A stretch of DNA of 55,640 bases, taken from the IMG/VR virus record IMGVR_UViG_3300014711_000002, positions 1 to 55,640 of that record, one strand, 5' to 3'. The notes beneath the pieces are model-generated. The model did not search any database. It saw only the letters and a list, made by a program, of their open reading frames with translations, and was not told where the DNA came from. Source of the stretch: a virus (Duplodnaviria; Caudoviricetes). The position numbers were made by a program, and so were the translations under genes. Positions 27,080 through 36,782 of the stretch are shown piece after piece; positions within the stretch are counted from its first letter, which is position 1; each line of letters starts with the position of its first letter.

Positions 27080-27775
27080 TTAGGCCAATGGGTTGCCCAA
27101 ATAAACTTCTTGCAGTTGGTCGCGCTCCATCTGGGTCAGCAAAGCCTGATACTGCACTTGCCCGCGCTGAATCACCTCGCCTGCAGACTCATACAAGCCG
27201 TATGACTGCATCGCCTTGTAGACGATGATGAGGTGATACTCCTCTGGAATGTCCGGTACATCGGTGTCGGCCGCAAGGCTATAAGCACGCTTTTGGTATT
27301 CGCCAGTGATGACGTAAACGTCATCTGGAATCTGACCCAACATCAAAGCCTTGCCTTGAGGGTTTTCTGCAAACACCACCGGACGGCCGGGCGTTTGCAC
27401 GTTGAATCGGTAAGAGTTCCTGAACACGTAGTACTCCCACTCCACCAGCCACTGCTCGTCCTGAACACCACTGCTTTTGTCTTGGCAGCGAAACGTGTCC
27501 TTGTACCAGTAGCGCATGTCTGTCATGACTTTGCCGGTCAGGGTGTTCGTGATTGCGCTGGGCAGGTAGTCGCCAACACTGGCGACCGTCTCCCACGCAA
27601 ACGGTTTGCGCATCCAGTTCCAAGTGTTGTGCAAGCCTTGAATCTCGACCCATGCCGAGTTGATCCATCCAACCAAGCGAGCAGCCTCGCCAGTTTGTCC
27701 AATGACAGACGATGGACCAGTACCGGAGACGCCGCACTCTCGCGCCAGGCGCTGGGTGAGTTCAAGGAAGTTCAT
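27080..27775 (-). CDS. Head-tail adaptor (tubular protein A-like)
   Basis: MNFLEL..RL..E.G...WIN.AW..I...W.W...PDIPE.YH..IVY.A. Confidence 0.8.
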   Translation of the reverse strand: MNFLELTQRLARECGVSGTGPSSVIGQTGEAARLVGWINSAWVEIQGLHNTWNWMRKPFAWETVASVGDYLPSAITNTLTGKVMTDMRYWYKDTFRCQDKSSGVQDEQWLVEWEYYVFRNSYRFNVQTPGRPVVFAENPQGKALMLGQIPDDVYVITGEYQKRAYSLAADTDVPDIPEEYHLIIVYKAMQSYGLYESAGEVIQRGQVQYQALLTQMERDQLQEVYLGNPLA

Positions 27776-27778
27776 GGG

Positions 27779-28264
27779 TTAGACGGGTTGTTGCAGAAGC
27801 TGACGCAGCCAAGGCGCGCCCTTCTTGGGGTTGGGGTCCGAAAGCACACTGAACGGATAGGTCAGCGACAGCACGCTGTCCTCTTGGAAACCCATTGAAC
27901 CATCGCCAGCGACGACTTTCTTTTGACGCACACGAGACTGCTTGGCATTGGCCAACACAGCAACGTGATACCGGCGCACGCGCTGCGGCTCACCGTTGCG
28001 GAACAGCAGCTTGTAGTCGCCGTTGACGTTGATCTCGCAGAATTGCGGATCGTTTTCGTTGTTCGGCTCCATCAAGATGATTTCCATCTCGTCGCGCATG
28101 AACGCCTCTTGGTCAATGGCGTCGGTGCTGATCACGCGATCAGTGTCAATCTCAATGCCTTTGCCGCTGCTGGCATCTGCCAGAGACTCGGTGTCGTTGG
28201 TGATGGCAACGTCTGGCGATTCGATGCCCCGTTTGCGTTCGTAGCTGTTGATGCGTTGGTTCAT
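27779..28264 (-). CDS. Hypothetical protein of the head-completion region
   Basis: GGAGA RBS; colinear in the operon. Confidence 0.7.
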   Translation of the reverse strand: MNQRINSYERKRGIESPDVAITNDTESLADASSGKGIEIDTDRVISTDAIDQEAFMRDEMEIILMEPNNENDPQFCEINVNGDYKLLFRNGEPQRVRRYHVAVLANAKQSRVRQKKVVAGDGSMGFQEDSVLSLTYPFSVLSDPNPKKGAPWLRQLLQQPV

Positions 28265-28326
28265 GGGTTAGGTCTCCAAGGGTGAAAAATCTGGGCGGGG
28301 CCACCCTAGAGTGGCCCCTTGCTGGC

Positions 28327-28842
28327 TTAAGCAGTCAGCGGGTTGGCTGGCACGTTGGCCAGGTTTAGGAACGTGGTGGTCACGCCAGTAGCGGCCAAGG
28401 CCGTGGTGCCCGGAACAAACGTCGTATTGGCAGTCAGGGCCACGCGCATGGCACCAAACACCGAAACAAGATTTGGAGCATCAGGGAACTGCAGTGCCAC
28501 GCGACCTGCCGCCAGCTCGGCGGTGTCAACGATGGCACCAGGCAAGATGCTGACTGCGCCAGATGCGTTCAGACACAGCAGATACAAGCGAGTCGAGCCA
28601 TTCACGCCGCCGGTGAAGCCGCCGTTCAAACCGCCAACGCCACCAGCAGATGCTTGGTAAACGGATGGGCCGCCGTAGCTGATGGCGATGTTGTCGGTGA
28701 TGGCCTTGGAGTAAAACTGGCTGTCAATCAGGTAAGTGACTGCGACAGTCGTCTTGATGGTGCCAGCGGTGGTTCCGGCAGCCAACGCGCCGGAGTTCAG
28801 GGCCATCGTGGCTCCTGCGTTCATAGAGAGGTTGTCAGACAT
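28327..28842 (-). CDS. Capsid decoration/cement-like protein
   Basis: Small-residue beta-rich protein after the major capsid gene; AAAGGA RBS. Confidence 0.65.
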   Translation of the reverse strand: MSDNLSMNAGATMALNSGALAAGTTAGTIKTTVAVTYLIDSQFYSKAITDNIAISYGGPSVYQASAGGVGGLNGGFTGGVNGSTRLYLLCLNASGAVSILPGAIVDTAELAAGRVALQFPDAPNLVSVFGAMRVALTANTTFVPGTTALAATGVTTTFLNLANVPANPLTA

Positions 28843-28853
28843 GGTGTGTCCTT

Positions 28854-29474
28854 TCAAATTTCAAAAGTTGCGTTTTTTTTCAAGTTCATTTTGGCTGGGA
28901 TGACTTGAAGATTGTGCTCAACATGCAGACCACATACGTTCTTGCCTCGCAGCGGAACAATGTGATCCACATGCCACTTGCCGCCAACAATTTCTTCACG
29001 GACTTTGGCAAGGTGATATGCCTCGTCAATAAAAAAGTGGTTGGCCCAAGACGGAGTGGCGCGCTGGATGTAGTCGCGTCTGCGGAGAGTTGAAGCGGTC
29101 ACCTTGTCGCGGTTTTGCTTCTTCCACTTCGCGTTGCGTGCAGCAACCTTTTCGGGGTTGTTGCGCTGCCACTCTTTGCGAATTTCGCGTTGCCGCTCAA
29201 TGTCGCTCATGTATGCAGACTTCTTGCGCTCGGCAATAGCTTCAGCATTCTCTTTGCGGTACTCCATTCGCTTGGCGGCAAGGGTGTCCTTGTTCGCTTC
29301 ACGATAGGCTTTGTGATACTCGCTGATTTCGTTTGCTTTCTGCGCTTGCCGTTCTGCCATCTTGGCTTTGTGGCATGGCTTGCAGATTGCAGCAAAGCCA
29401 GAGACACAGTGCGGGTGCTTGTAAAAGCACGATGTGTCTTTTGCTTCGCTGCAGCTTCTGCAAACCAGTGTCAT
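28854..29474 (-). CDS. Free-standing HNH homing endonuclease
   Basis: CxxC...CKPC N-terminus, helical repeats, ATP.WA...HVDHIVPL.G..VCGLHV..NLQVI....N..K. Confidence 0.92.
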   Translation of the reverse strand: MTLVCRSCSEAKDTSCFYKHPHCVSGFAAICKPCHKAKMAERQAQKANEISEYHKAYREANKDTLAAKRMEYRKENAEAIAERKKSAYMSDIERQREIRKEWQRNNPEKVAARNAKWKKQNRDKVTASTLRRRDYIQRATPSWANHFFIDEAYHLAKVREEIVGGKWHVDHIVPLRGKNVCGLHVEHNLQVIPAKMNLKKNATFEI

Positions 29475-29497
29475 TGCCAATCCTTTAGTCAATCAGA

Positions 29498-30529
29498 TCA
29501 AAGTGCGGAGCAAGCTGCCTCGATGCGCACCATCCAATTTTCATTGAGACGAACTGCATTTTTCATGAAGTTAGCGCCCACGTAGCCAAATTGTCCCATC
29601 GGGTTGGCGTGCGTGATCTGCTTTGCGGGCAGGTAAATCGGCTGGATGGCGTTCATGCCCTTCAGCGAAACCTGACCCCAAGCCTCTTGGCCAATCACCA
29701 TCACGGGGTACACGTCGGCAGTGGTGCCGGTGGTGCCGCCGTTGGACAGGAACGTGCCCGCTGTGATCGTGCCGCCCGCCGCCAAGAAGGGGCGGAAGTA
29801 GGGGCTGGTGATCAGGCGGAAGTTCTCGACGGTGCCGATCTCGCGCTCATGCACGGGCTTTTGCGAGCCGTAGCGGGCGACAGGGACGAAGCCGGACAGG
29901 TTACGGAAATCGCTTTCCATGTCGGTGTGGATGAACACCAGGTAGCCGGGTTCGATGGCCGTGGTGGCGTAGTTGACGCTGGCGGCCAGCTTCTCGGTCA
30001 CCATCTGGGCATGAGCGTTCTCAAGCTGACGGCGTGCTTGACGCAGCTTGTTCAGCGTGATGGCGGTATTCACGGCCGTGCGGACGGTGCCGTTGGCAAA
30101 GACCACGTTGGTGCCGCCACGGACCACACCGTAGGAGATCAACTCCTCGATGGAGGCCATGTGCTCGCCCACCAGCTTTACCATGTCGCCGGGGATGTCG
30201 TCCTCGTACATGGCTTCGGCTTTGCTCGACAGCTTCATCAGCACGCCGTACTGCTGCAGGGTGACCTGCACGTCTTGGTATGTGATGGTGCGCGAGCCGG
30301 GCGTAACGCCTTCTTGCATCAGGTAGTTGCTGGCGGTGATGTTGGGTGCGCCATTGGTGCCAGCGTCGATGGGCAGAGCGCGACGGAACACCACGGTGTC
30401 AGTCTTGTTCTGCGGAATCGGCTTCTGAGTACCGAAAGTGGACAGCACTTTGATGGGCATGGCGTGCTTGAGCATTTCACGCTCGGCCATGATGAGGTTC
30501 CGGCTAGGAACAAGGGAGTAGGTTTGCAT
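29498..30529 (-). CDS. Major capsid protein, N4-gp56 family
   Basis: L..FG.QK.IP.NK...V.FRR...EGVTP...V.L.QYG...EIG.VE..R.I...NP.GQ.G..G. Confidence 0.92.
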   Translation of the reverse strand: MQTYSLVPSRNLIMAEREMLKHAMPIKVLSTFGTQKPIPQNKTDTVVFRRALPIDAGTNGAPNITASNYLMQEGVTPGSRTITYQDVQVTLQQYGVLMKLSSKAEAMYEDDIPGDMVKLVGEHMASIEELISYGVVRGGTNVVFANGTVRTAVNTAITLNKLRQARRQLENAHAQMVTEKLAASVNYATTAIEPGYLVFIHTDMESDFRNLSGFVPVARYGSQKPVHEREIGTVENFRLITSPYFRPFLAAGGTITAGTFLSNGGTTGTTADVYPVMVIGQEAWGQVSLKGMNAIQPIYLPAKQITHANPMGQFGYVGANFMKNAVRLNENWMVRIEAACSAL

Positions 30530-30531
30530 GA

Positions 30532-31422
30532 TCAGTTACCTTTTTTGCGATCAAGTTGGTCCAAGTAGGCCCAGTACTCCTGAGGCGTCATGTCCTCAAC
30601 GGGCTTTGCCCGGGCATTGGAGCCCGAACGGCCTGAGGGGATAGCCGCCGCAGCAGACAGGCGCTGCGTTCTTTGTGACGTGGCCGAGCTCGCTGCTTGG
30701 GTGTGCAGGTCCAACAAGCGAACTGCGTCCTGCGGGCTTTCGCTCGCCGCAAGCATTTGCACTTCGCGTGGTTGGCGCTGCAGCCATCCAGTGAATTCGG
30801 GCGTCTGTACACGATCCTGCCAACCCGGGTGCCGAATCTCGACTGCCATCTCGTTGCGCAAGCGGGCAATCTCGTCGTGGCTCACAGCAGGCTGCTGAAT
30901 GTTTTGAGGCTGCGCTGCAAGGCGCTGCTCCAATGCACCCAGTCGCTCGTTGAGAGCTGACTCCATTGCACTTGCGAACTCGGGGTAGTCGCGTTTGAGG
31001 TTTGACATTGCCTCGGGGTCTTGCTGCGCTGCGCGGATTTCTCCGGCTGTTGGCGCATCGCCACCCTTCGCTGTGACTTGTTGAGCCGCCTGAAGCTGTT
31101 GCTTTATTTGGCTGTTCAAACCACCAATGTGACCTTCGGCATTTCGCAGACGACTCGTGACTTGGCCGAGCATCGACTCAAGTCCTGCGATCTTGTCCAA
31201 GAGTGCTTGCTCCGCCGTCGGAGCTGCTTCTTCACTGGCCCCTGGTGCATCGGCTTTTTCAGCGGGTGCGGGGTCGGTGGATTCAGCCGGGCTCGGCGTG
31301 CCATCTTGAGGGTCGTCCTGTGCGTCTGCTGCCGGGGTCGCGCCCCCAGCATCTTCGGCATCAAGCTGATCCCAGATCTTTTTCGCTTCGTCTTGCGGGT
31401 TAACGGTTTCCTGTACGGTCAT
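30532..31422 (-). CDS. Scaffolding protein
   Basis: Acidic disordered N-terminus, coiled coil, HP.W...F..W, MT..E.W C-terminus; precedes capsid gene. Confidence 0.75.
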   Translation of the reverse strand: MTVQETVNPQDEAKKIWDQLDAEDAGGATPAADAQDDPQDGTPSPAESTDPAPAEKADAPGASEEAAPTAEQALLDKIAGLESMLGQVTSRLRNAEGHIGGLNSQIKQQLQAAQQVTAKGGDAPTAGEIRAAQQDPEAMSNLKRDYPEFASAMESALNERLGALEQRLAAQPQNIQQPAVSHDEIARLRNEMAVEIRHPGWQDRVQTPEFTGWLQRQPREVQMLAASESPQDAVRLLDLHTQAASSATSQRTQRLSAAAAIPSGRSGSNARAKPVEDMTPQEYWAYLDQLDRKKGN

Positions 31423-31448
31423 TTCAGTTGCGTCTCTCTTTTTGGTCA

Positions 31449-31694
31449 TCACTGACCGGGGGTGTTAACGCTGATTAGCTCATCAGGGTCAACTGCTGGA
31501 CTCAGGCTGGCATCGTCTGCCAGGCTGAGAATCTTTTTCAGCTCTGCAATCCCCCCTCGGATTGCCGCTGTTCGTTCAACGCCCAGACTGATCTGGTCGT
31601 TGGACTGACGTAAATCCTCGAGACGTTCCTCAAGGACTTGCGTCAGTCGCTTCCACGCCGGGGTGCGGAAGTCTTCGGGTTTCAGGATATTCAT
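31449..31694 (-). CDS. Hypothetical protein upstream of scaffold
   Basis: W..L...L..RL..LR..ND......T...RG.I.ELK motif; start uncertain. Confidence 0.7.
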   Translation of the reverse strand: MNILKPEDFRTPAWKRLTQVLEERLEDLRQSNDQISLGVERTAAIRGGIAELKKILSLADDASLSPAVDPDELISVNTPGQ

Positions 31695-31702
31695 TCGGAA
31701 AT

Positions 31703-31731
31703 AAAAAAGGGCGTCCGGTGAGGGACGCCCT
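31703..31731 (-). terminator. Intrinsic terminator in the leader of the capsid operon
   Basis: AGGGCGTCC-ctcacc-GGACGCCC-TTTTTT on the minus strand. Confidence 0.8.
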
Positions 31732-31783
31732 AAAGTCAATCAAGAAGGAGTTGGGAAACTGCAAACGCAGTGACCCGGAGCGA

Positions 31784-31813
31784 ATAATAACAGCATTGTG
31801 ATGGCTTGTGCAA
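31784..31813 (-). promoter_or_regulatory. Promoter TTGCAC-18-TATTAT with operator 31788-31803
   Basis: Shares GAATAATAACAGCAT.GTGAT with the 36783 promoter. Confidence 0.7.
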
Positions 31814-31817
31814 TAGG

Positions 31818-32039
31818 TCATTGGTTAGCCTTGGCGTCCACCTTCACTTCGATGTGTGTGTTGGTGACGGCCCGCATCAGGAAGCGCCCAAGCCACTTGG
31901 CAAACGGGATTGCGGCTGTGCCCACGGCTGCGCCGGATGCCTCGTGCTCGCCGGATTCAGGAACGGTATCAACTTGCACCGGAACGTTGGCGGCGCACGC
32001 GGCTAACGCCAAGCATATGGCTGCAATCCAATTGCGCAT
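31818..32039 (-). CDS. Small lipoprotein
   Basis: Signal peptide with LAAC lipobox. Confidence 0.65.
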   Translation of the reverse strand: MRNWIAAICLALAACAANVPVQVDTVPESGEHEASGAAVGTAAIPFAKWLGRFLMRAVTNTHIEVKVDAKANQ

Positions 32040-32185
32040 CACATCCCCCCCATGCCCATCATTGAGCCCATGTTCACCATGAAACGCCGGTTAGCCAGCA
32101 GGGCTGCACCCTGCTCCTCGGGCGTGCCGCTGACCGTGTAGAAATACGCTGCGTTGAAGTAGCGCTGGCCAAAGTAGGCCAGCAT
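32039..32185 (-). CDS. Small hypothetical protein (48 aa, MLAYFGQRYF...)
   Basis: TGATG overlaps with both neighbours; below the ORF-track cutoff. Confidence 0.55.
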   Translation of the reverse strand: MLAYFGQRYFNAAYFYTVSGTPEEQGAALLANRRFMVNMGSMMGMGGM

Positions 32186-35019
32186 CAGCTTGCGTCCCGC
32201 GTGATGGCCGTCCGGTTGCCCTGAGCGTCCACCGTGGCGGTCACGCGGGGCTTGGTGTCGTTGACATCACGGAACACCTCGGTGCCTGTGCCAGCGCCGG
32301 ACACCTTGCCCAGCAGGACAGCGGACATCAGGCGCATCGTTGCGGTGGCGTTCTGGCCGGTCTCGACCGGCTGCGCCCACACGGATGCCGGGACTGCGGC
32401 CACGTCTGCCTGCACAGCGTTGACGCTGGTCTGGCTGGCGCGGCTTGCGACAGTGGCCTCTTTGGCCAAAACCGAGCTGGCCTCAATTTGAGCCAGCGTA
32501 ACCCCTCCTGCTGTAAGAGTCCTACCTTCTGGACCGGCATAGGCCCAAACATTCATTGGAATCATCGTTTCCAAATATGCCGTACCCGTCTGATCCAGCC
32601 AAATATCATTTGGCAGCGTAACAACCTTATCGAGAATGGCGACAGAATAGTCTTGCGATGCAACTGTAGTCCCAGGCCCCACCATGTCCACAAGAGTAGG
32701 CAGATCATTTGCCCGGGTCTTGACTTGCTGCACGGTGGCTTCCTTAGCCAGCACAGTACTTGCCTCGATCTGCAGCTTGGTCTTGGCGGCGATGGCCTGC
32801 TGGTCTGCGTCACCCACGCTGGCCTGACTTTGAGGCCATGGTGCGGTGCAAAGGTATGCACCAGACGGATTGAGCAGCGTCATACCGGACTTCACGCCGG
32901 TGGCGGGGTCTTGGTAGTACACGACCAGAGGGATGCTGTACCCCGCCACTGACGGCGTGATGGCCACGCCATTGGCGTCCAAGTCGGCCATGCGCAGCTT
33001 GTAGGCCGGGCTGTAGCTGATGATCGTGCCGGTGGTGATGGCGTACAGGTTGGCGTTGTTCGACTGGACGATGGCCCCGGCGATCAAGTAGCCCTTGCTC
33101 ACCAGGTAGTAAGCAAAACCTGAAATCACCTGATCCGGGGTGTACGCAATCAGCGTCTTGTTGATCGTCACCTCAATCGTTTGGCCGTTTTGCAGTGACG
33201 CAAAGCAGTCAGCAATTTCCTGGCGCAGCACGTCGGTGATTACTTTGTCACCCGCTGGCTCTGTCTCCAGCGATACGGTGAACTTGTCGAGTTCACTACC
33301 GAGCGCGTTGACCACGGCAGGCTTGTAGCCGTACGAGGCAACAGAGAAGCGAACCTGATCTGTCGGCTGCACAGTGATCGTGCGGGACGTAGCCATCGGA
33401 ACCCAGCCAGCGCGGAATGTGCCGTCTACTGTCGTGCCGCCCACAGGCACACCATTGATGGTGACGTAGGTCGAGATGGCCTTGCCGGTGCGCTCCACGA
33501 TGTTGACTCGTGTGCCGGTGTTGTCGGTATAGCTGGCGTCCGTCGTGCCGCTGACCGTGATCGTGCTGGTGCTTTGCAGGCGAGAAATAGCCGATGTCTT
33601 GCTCAGAGACACACCCGCATTGACCGCGAGGGACCATGCGCCAATGTTGAGCAGCCCGTTACTGCAAGTCCATGTGTCCGTGCTGCCCCAGTTGGCAAAC
33701 TGAGAAACCCAGTATCTGTAGTAATTCCACACATCTTGCAGCGTACGGTTTTCGCTGATCGTGATCGTGCCTCCAGTTGCACCAGCGGGAGCGAACGCAA
33801 TTCCAGTGATTGCCCCTGCCACTGCTTCCGTCACCGTGACGGGAGTGAGCAAGGGCACAACGGCCATCCCCTTAGCGATTGCTGAGTCTGATCCAAGAAC
33901 AATGCTTGTGTCCTGAGTCTGGTAGTCGTACGTCCGAAACTGGTATGACGCCGTGCTGCTAGGGAAGCGGAGATTCTTGACGTTCGACTGACCCCACCAG
34001 ACTTGCAGGATTGGCGCAGACGATGCCACACCGTTTGCGTCAGTTGTGCCTGTGTATGTCAATGGGTTGCGGAAGTCCCAAGTCTTCAAGCTACCCGTGG
34101 TTGTGATCGTGGTCGTGGGTGTGTTGCTGACGGGCGCATCCACACACCGGAACCGTGCGTTCTGAATGTTTGCACCAAGCAGGTTGGTGACTTTGAAGTT
34201 GATCTCTTGGAACAGCGGTACAGCGTGCCGGGCTTTGTAAACCGGGTCAGCGTTCTGTATCACCACGAGCAGTGACGCACCTTTTTGACTGTTGTATAGC
34301 TCGACCCAACCCGCACCGTAGTTGTCAAACTCGAACGCTCCGTCCACGTTGAGTGGGTTGTACGCCGTGTATTTGGCATCTGCGCCACCGTACCCGCTGC
34401 CCACATACTGCGACAGATATTCTGCGCCAAACGCTTGCACAGAAAACTCTGTCGGCATGCGGAACAGGTCATACGAAATGTCGTAGTGCTTGCAGTTGCG
34501 CAGGATCACGTCAGAGCTAAATGCACGAATACGAACGCTCTGCGATGCGCCAAAGGCTTTGTACGGGAACTTGCTGACCTCGTACTCGCGGATGACAGCA
34601 CCCTGCGTGTAAAAGATTGAGCCGGAAACAAAGTAGTCACCGCCGATCAGAGTTGACCGACCGCTTGCGGCCGCGCCATACGCACTGTCTGTCAGCACGG
34701 TAGCTACGTTCAGGCCCGGCCCGGTAGTGCAAAAGTGAGTGCCAGTTCTCAGTGGCGTCACGCCGTCAGCAGCGAAAGTGCCAGACGTGTAGATGCCCGT
34801 GCTCTGGATTCTCAGGAAGTTGCAGATCACCGTGCTTTTTGACGGGTCTGCAATCGTGACTGTACCGGCAATATTTATGCCAAGAGTCGGTGCGTAGTAC
34901 AGGAAGCCATCGCCAGTCTGGAGGCGAGTCACACCCGCCATTCCGTTTAGAAAGTCCCAGCTTGTGTCCGTTGTGCCCGCAGTCTGGGTGACGAGTGTGC
35001 CGCTGATTGTTGCGCTCAT
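32185..35019 (-). CDS. Large beta-rich virion appendage protein (spike/fibre-like)
   Basis: 944 aa, Thr/Ser/Gly-rich; C-terminal MRL..AVL.GK.SG.GT....FRD..D.K.R..ATVD..GNR motif. Confidence 0.65.
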   Translation of the reverse strand: MSATISGTLVTQTAGTTDTSWDFLNGMAGVTRLQTGDGFLYYAPTLGINIAGTVTIADPSKSTVICNFLRIQSTGIYTSGTFAADGVTPLRTGTHFCTTGPGLNVATVLTDSAYGAAASGRSTLIGGDYFVSGSIFYTQGAVIREYEVSKFPYKAFGASQSVRIRAFSSDVILRNCKHYDISYDLFRMPTEFSVQAFGAEYLSQYVGSGYGGADAKYTAYNPLNVDGAFEFDNYGAGWVELYNSQKGASLLVVIQNADPVYKARHAVPLFQEINFKVTNLLGANIQNARFRCVDAPVSNTPTTTITTTGSLKTWDFRNPLTYTGTTDANGVASSAPILQVWWGQSNVKNLRFPSSTASYQFRTYDYQTQDTSIVLGSDSAIAKGMAVVPLLTPVTVTEAVAGAITGIAFAPAGATGGTITISENRTLQDVWNYYRYWVSQFANWGSTDTWTCSNGLLNIGAWSLAVNAGVSLSKTSAISRLQSTSTITVSGTTDASYTDNTGTRVNIVERTGKAISTYVTINGVPVGGTTVDGTFRAGWVPMATSRTITVQPTDQVRFSVASYGYKPAVVNALGSELDKFTVSLETEPAGDKVITDVLRQEIADCFASLQNGQTIEVTINKTLIAYTPDQVISGFAYYLVSKGYLIAGAIVQSNNANLYAITTGTIISYSPAYKLRMADLDANGVAITPSVAGYSIPLVVYYQDPATGVKSGMTLLNPSGAYLCTAPWPQSQASVGDADQQAIAAKTKLQIEASTVLAKEATVQQVKTRANDLPTLVDMVGPGTTVASQDYSVAILDKVVTLPNDIWLDQTGTAYLETMIPMNVWAYAGPEGRTLTAGGVTLAQIEASSVLAKEATVASRASQTSVNAVQADVAAVPASVWAQPVETGQNATATMRLMSAVLLGKVSGAGTGTEVFRDVNDTKPRVTATVDAQGNRTAITRDAS

Positions 35020-35460
35020 TTATTGCTTCTCCACCACCGTATGCAGCACACCGGGATACTGCCGCCAAGGCTCTTTGATTCCGATGATGTGGGCTGCAAT
35101 CTCTGAGCAAAACCACGCCGTGGGGTGTTCACGACCAAAGAATGGCAAGACAGAGCGAGCTGCTCCAATCCAGTCGTAGGGCTCTTTGTCGTAGACCCGA
35201 ACGAAGTCACGCACCTGCTCCTCAGTCACGCTGGAAAGAGGCAGCACATCCCAGCTCTCAGGGTTGAGCCTCATTCGCTTGACGCGGACCCCGCCCATCA
35301 AGGCTTCCGCACTCAGGCAATCCACCTCACTCTCAAAGGGATGCCCGACGCAAATCTCAGTGTGGCTGTACTGGCTGCGCGTCACCCATTTGATCAGCCT
35401 GTTTCCCAGATTGCCAATGAATCCGGTGCGGTTTGCTTTGTAGCTGGCAAGGTAAATCAT
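35020..35460 (-). CDS. Permuted papain-like (NlpC/P60, YiiX-like) enzyme
   Basis: YSH.E near the N-terminus; YD..G and WFCSE near the C-terminus. Confidence 0.85.
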   Translation of the reverse strand: MIYLASYKANRTGFIGNLGNRLIKWVTRSQYSHTEICVGHPFESEVDCLSAEALMGGVRVKRMRLNPESWDVLPLSSVTEEQVRDFVRVYDKEPYDWIGAARSVLPFFGREHPTAWFCSEIAAHIIGIKEPWRQYPGVLHTVVEKQ

Positions 35461-35475
35461 GAGGACAACTCCCTT

Positions 35476-35826
35476 TTATTTTGGATTGAACCTGCTGTAT
35501 TTTTCAGACTGCGTGGAGCGATTCGATCTCATGACGTCAGCGATCTCGTCAATCTTGTCGTGGGCTTCGGCGGCACGCTTGGCGTTGTGCATTGCCAGTC
35601 GATGCACCTCGGCCTGCCTACTATCTTCACGCAACTTAAAAACCAGGTTCACCAAGAAGCCCAGAATCGCCAATATCAAACCGCACAGAGCAATCAGCTC
35701 ACTGCTTACAACCCAGCCGCCAATGGTTGCAATTGAACCTGCATATGTGGTCTTTGTAGCTACAGCGGATGCCGTGGCTTCGGTAGCGGTTTGAAGGGTA
35801 CTGCTGGACATCTTGTTGTCTTTCAT
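35476..35826 (-). CDS. Holin-like membrane protein
   Basis: K.TYAG......GW.....A..G.......VN..FK..ED.R pattern. Confidence 0.7.
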   Translation of the reverse strand: MKDNKMSSSTLQTATEATASAVATKTTYAGSIATIGGWVVSSELIALCGLILAILGFLVNLVFKLREDSRQAEVHRLAMHNAKRAAEAHDKIDEIADVMRSNRSTQSEKYSRFNPK

Positions 35827-35837
35827 GGCCGAAGCCT

Positions 35838-36380
35838 TCAGCCAGCCAGCGCTTGCAGCTTTGCAAGTTTCCCATCGTAGGTGACACGCAGGTCATCGGC
35901 GGCCTGTGCTTCGGCGGCGGCTTTGGCGGCTGCCTTGTCCACGTCAGCGCGGGCCTCAGCAATCAGACTTTCCTCGCGCTTGAAGTCGGCTTCCTTGCGC
36001 TTGACGTAGGCTGAGAACTCTTGCTCTCGCAGGTCCAGTGCGCCCTGCTTGGCACCAATCTCCTGACGAAGCGCCTCAAGCTCGTCCTTGGCATCTTGCA
36101 CATCGGCAATGGCTTTGGTTGACTTGGCAATGCTGTCCTCGGCCTTTTGTGCAGCCACGTAGGATTTGTTCTCTTGATCGGACATCTTCTTGGTCGCAGC
36201 CTCAATGGCTTCAAGCTGGGCGGCGTTGTCGGCACCTTGCTTGGCCAGAGCGTCTTGCGCGGCCTTGATGTCGGCCAGTGCAGCCTTGACCTTTTTGGGG
36301 TCGGCGGCCAACTCAAGCACTGTCAGAAAATCAACGGTGCTGGCGATCTGTGCGGGTGTGGGTGCGGTGTTGCCAATCAT
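35838..36380 (-). CDS. Coiled-coil hypothetical protein
   Basis: A/K/E/Q heptads; AAGGAG RBS. Confidence 0.7.
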   Translation of the reverse strand: MIGNTAPTPAQIASTVDFLTVLELAADPKKVKAALADIKAAQDALAKQGADNAAQLEAIEAATKKMSDQENKSYVAAQKAEDSIAKSTKAIADVQDAKDELEALRQEIGAKQGALDLREQEFSAYVKRKEADFKREESLIAEARADVDKAAAKAAAEAQAADDLRVTYDGKLAKLQALAG

Positions 36381-36390
36381 GTGTGGCTCC

Positions 36391-36696
36391 TTACGTGGAT
36401 GCGATAACAGAAACTGTCAGGCCGCCGGGCCGGACGCCTAAGAACTCAGTCTGCCCGGCTTGCATGCGCCAGCATGTTTGGTCGGCCAAAGTGCCTGCGC
36501 CGATCTTGACTCTGATGGTTGTATCCGTGTGGATCCGGATGAACCGCGTGTGCTCACGCAGTCTGGCGGAGACGACGGCGGTGGCACCAGGTGTCAACTG
36601 CTGGTTGACAAGTGACGGCTCAAGCCCTGCGGCTACGACGTCGCCATCTCCGTCATTGGCCAAGCGTTCGTACTCGGTCACATCAACAGTTGCCAT
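36391..36696 (-). CDS. Small beta-rich virion-associated protein
   Basis: GGAG RBS; first gene after the leader terminator. Confidence 0.65.
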   Translation of the reverse strand: MATVDVTEYERLANDGDGDVVAAGLEPSLVNQQLTPGATAVVSARLREHTRFIRIHTDTTIRVKIGAGTLADQTCWRMQAGQTEFLGVRPGGLTVSVIAST

Positions 36697-36707
36697 TGCG
36701 GCGCTCC

Positions 36708-36738
36708 AAAAGAAAAAGCCCGCTTAGTGGCGGGCTTT
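36708..36738 (-). terminator. Intrinsic terminator after portal / in the leader of the accessory module
   Basis: AAAGCCCGC-cactaa-GCGGGC-TTTTTCTTTT. Confidence 0.85.
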
Positions 36739-36782
36739 CGGGTGTTCGGTCAGGTAGTGCAGGACGCACTACTCCGGGCCGA

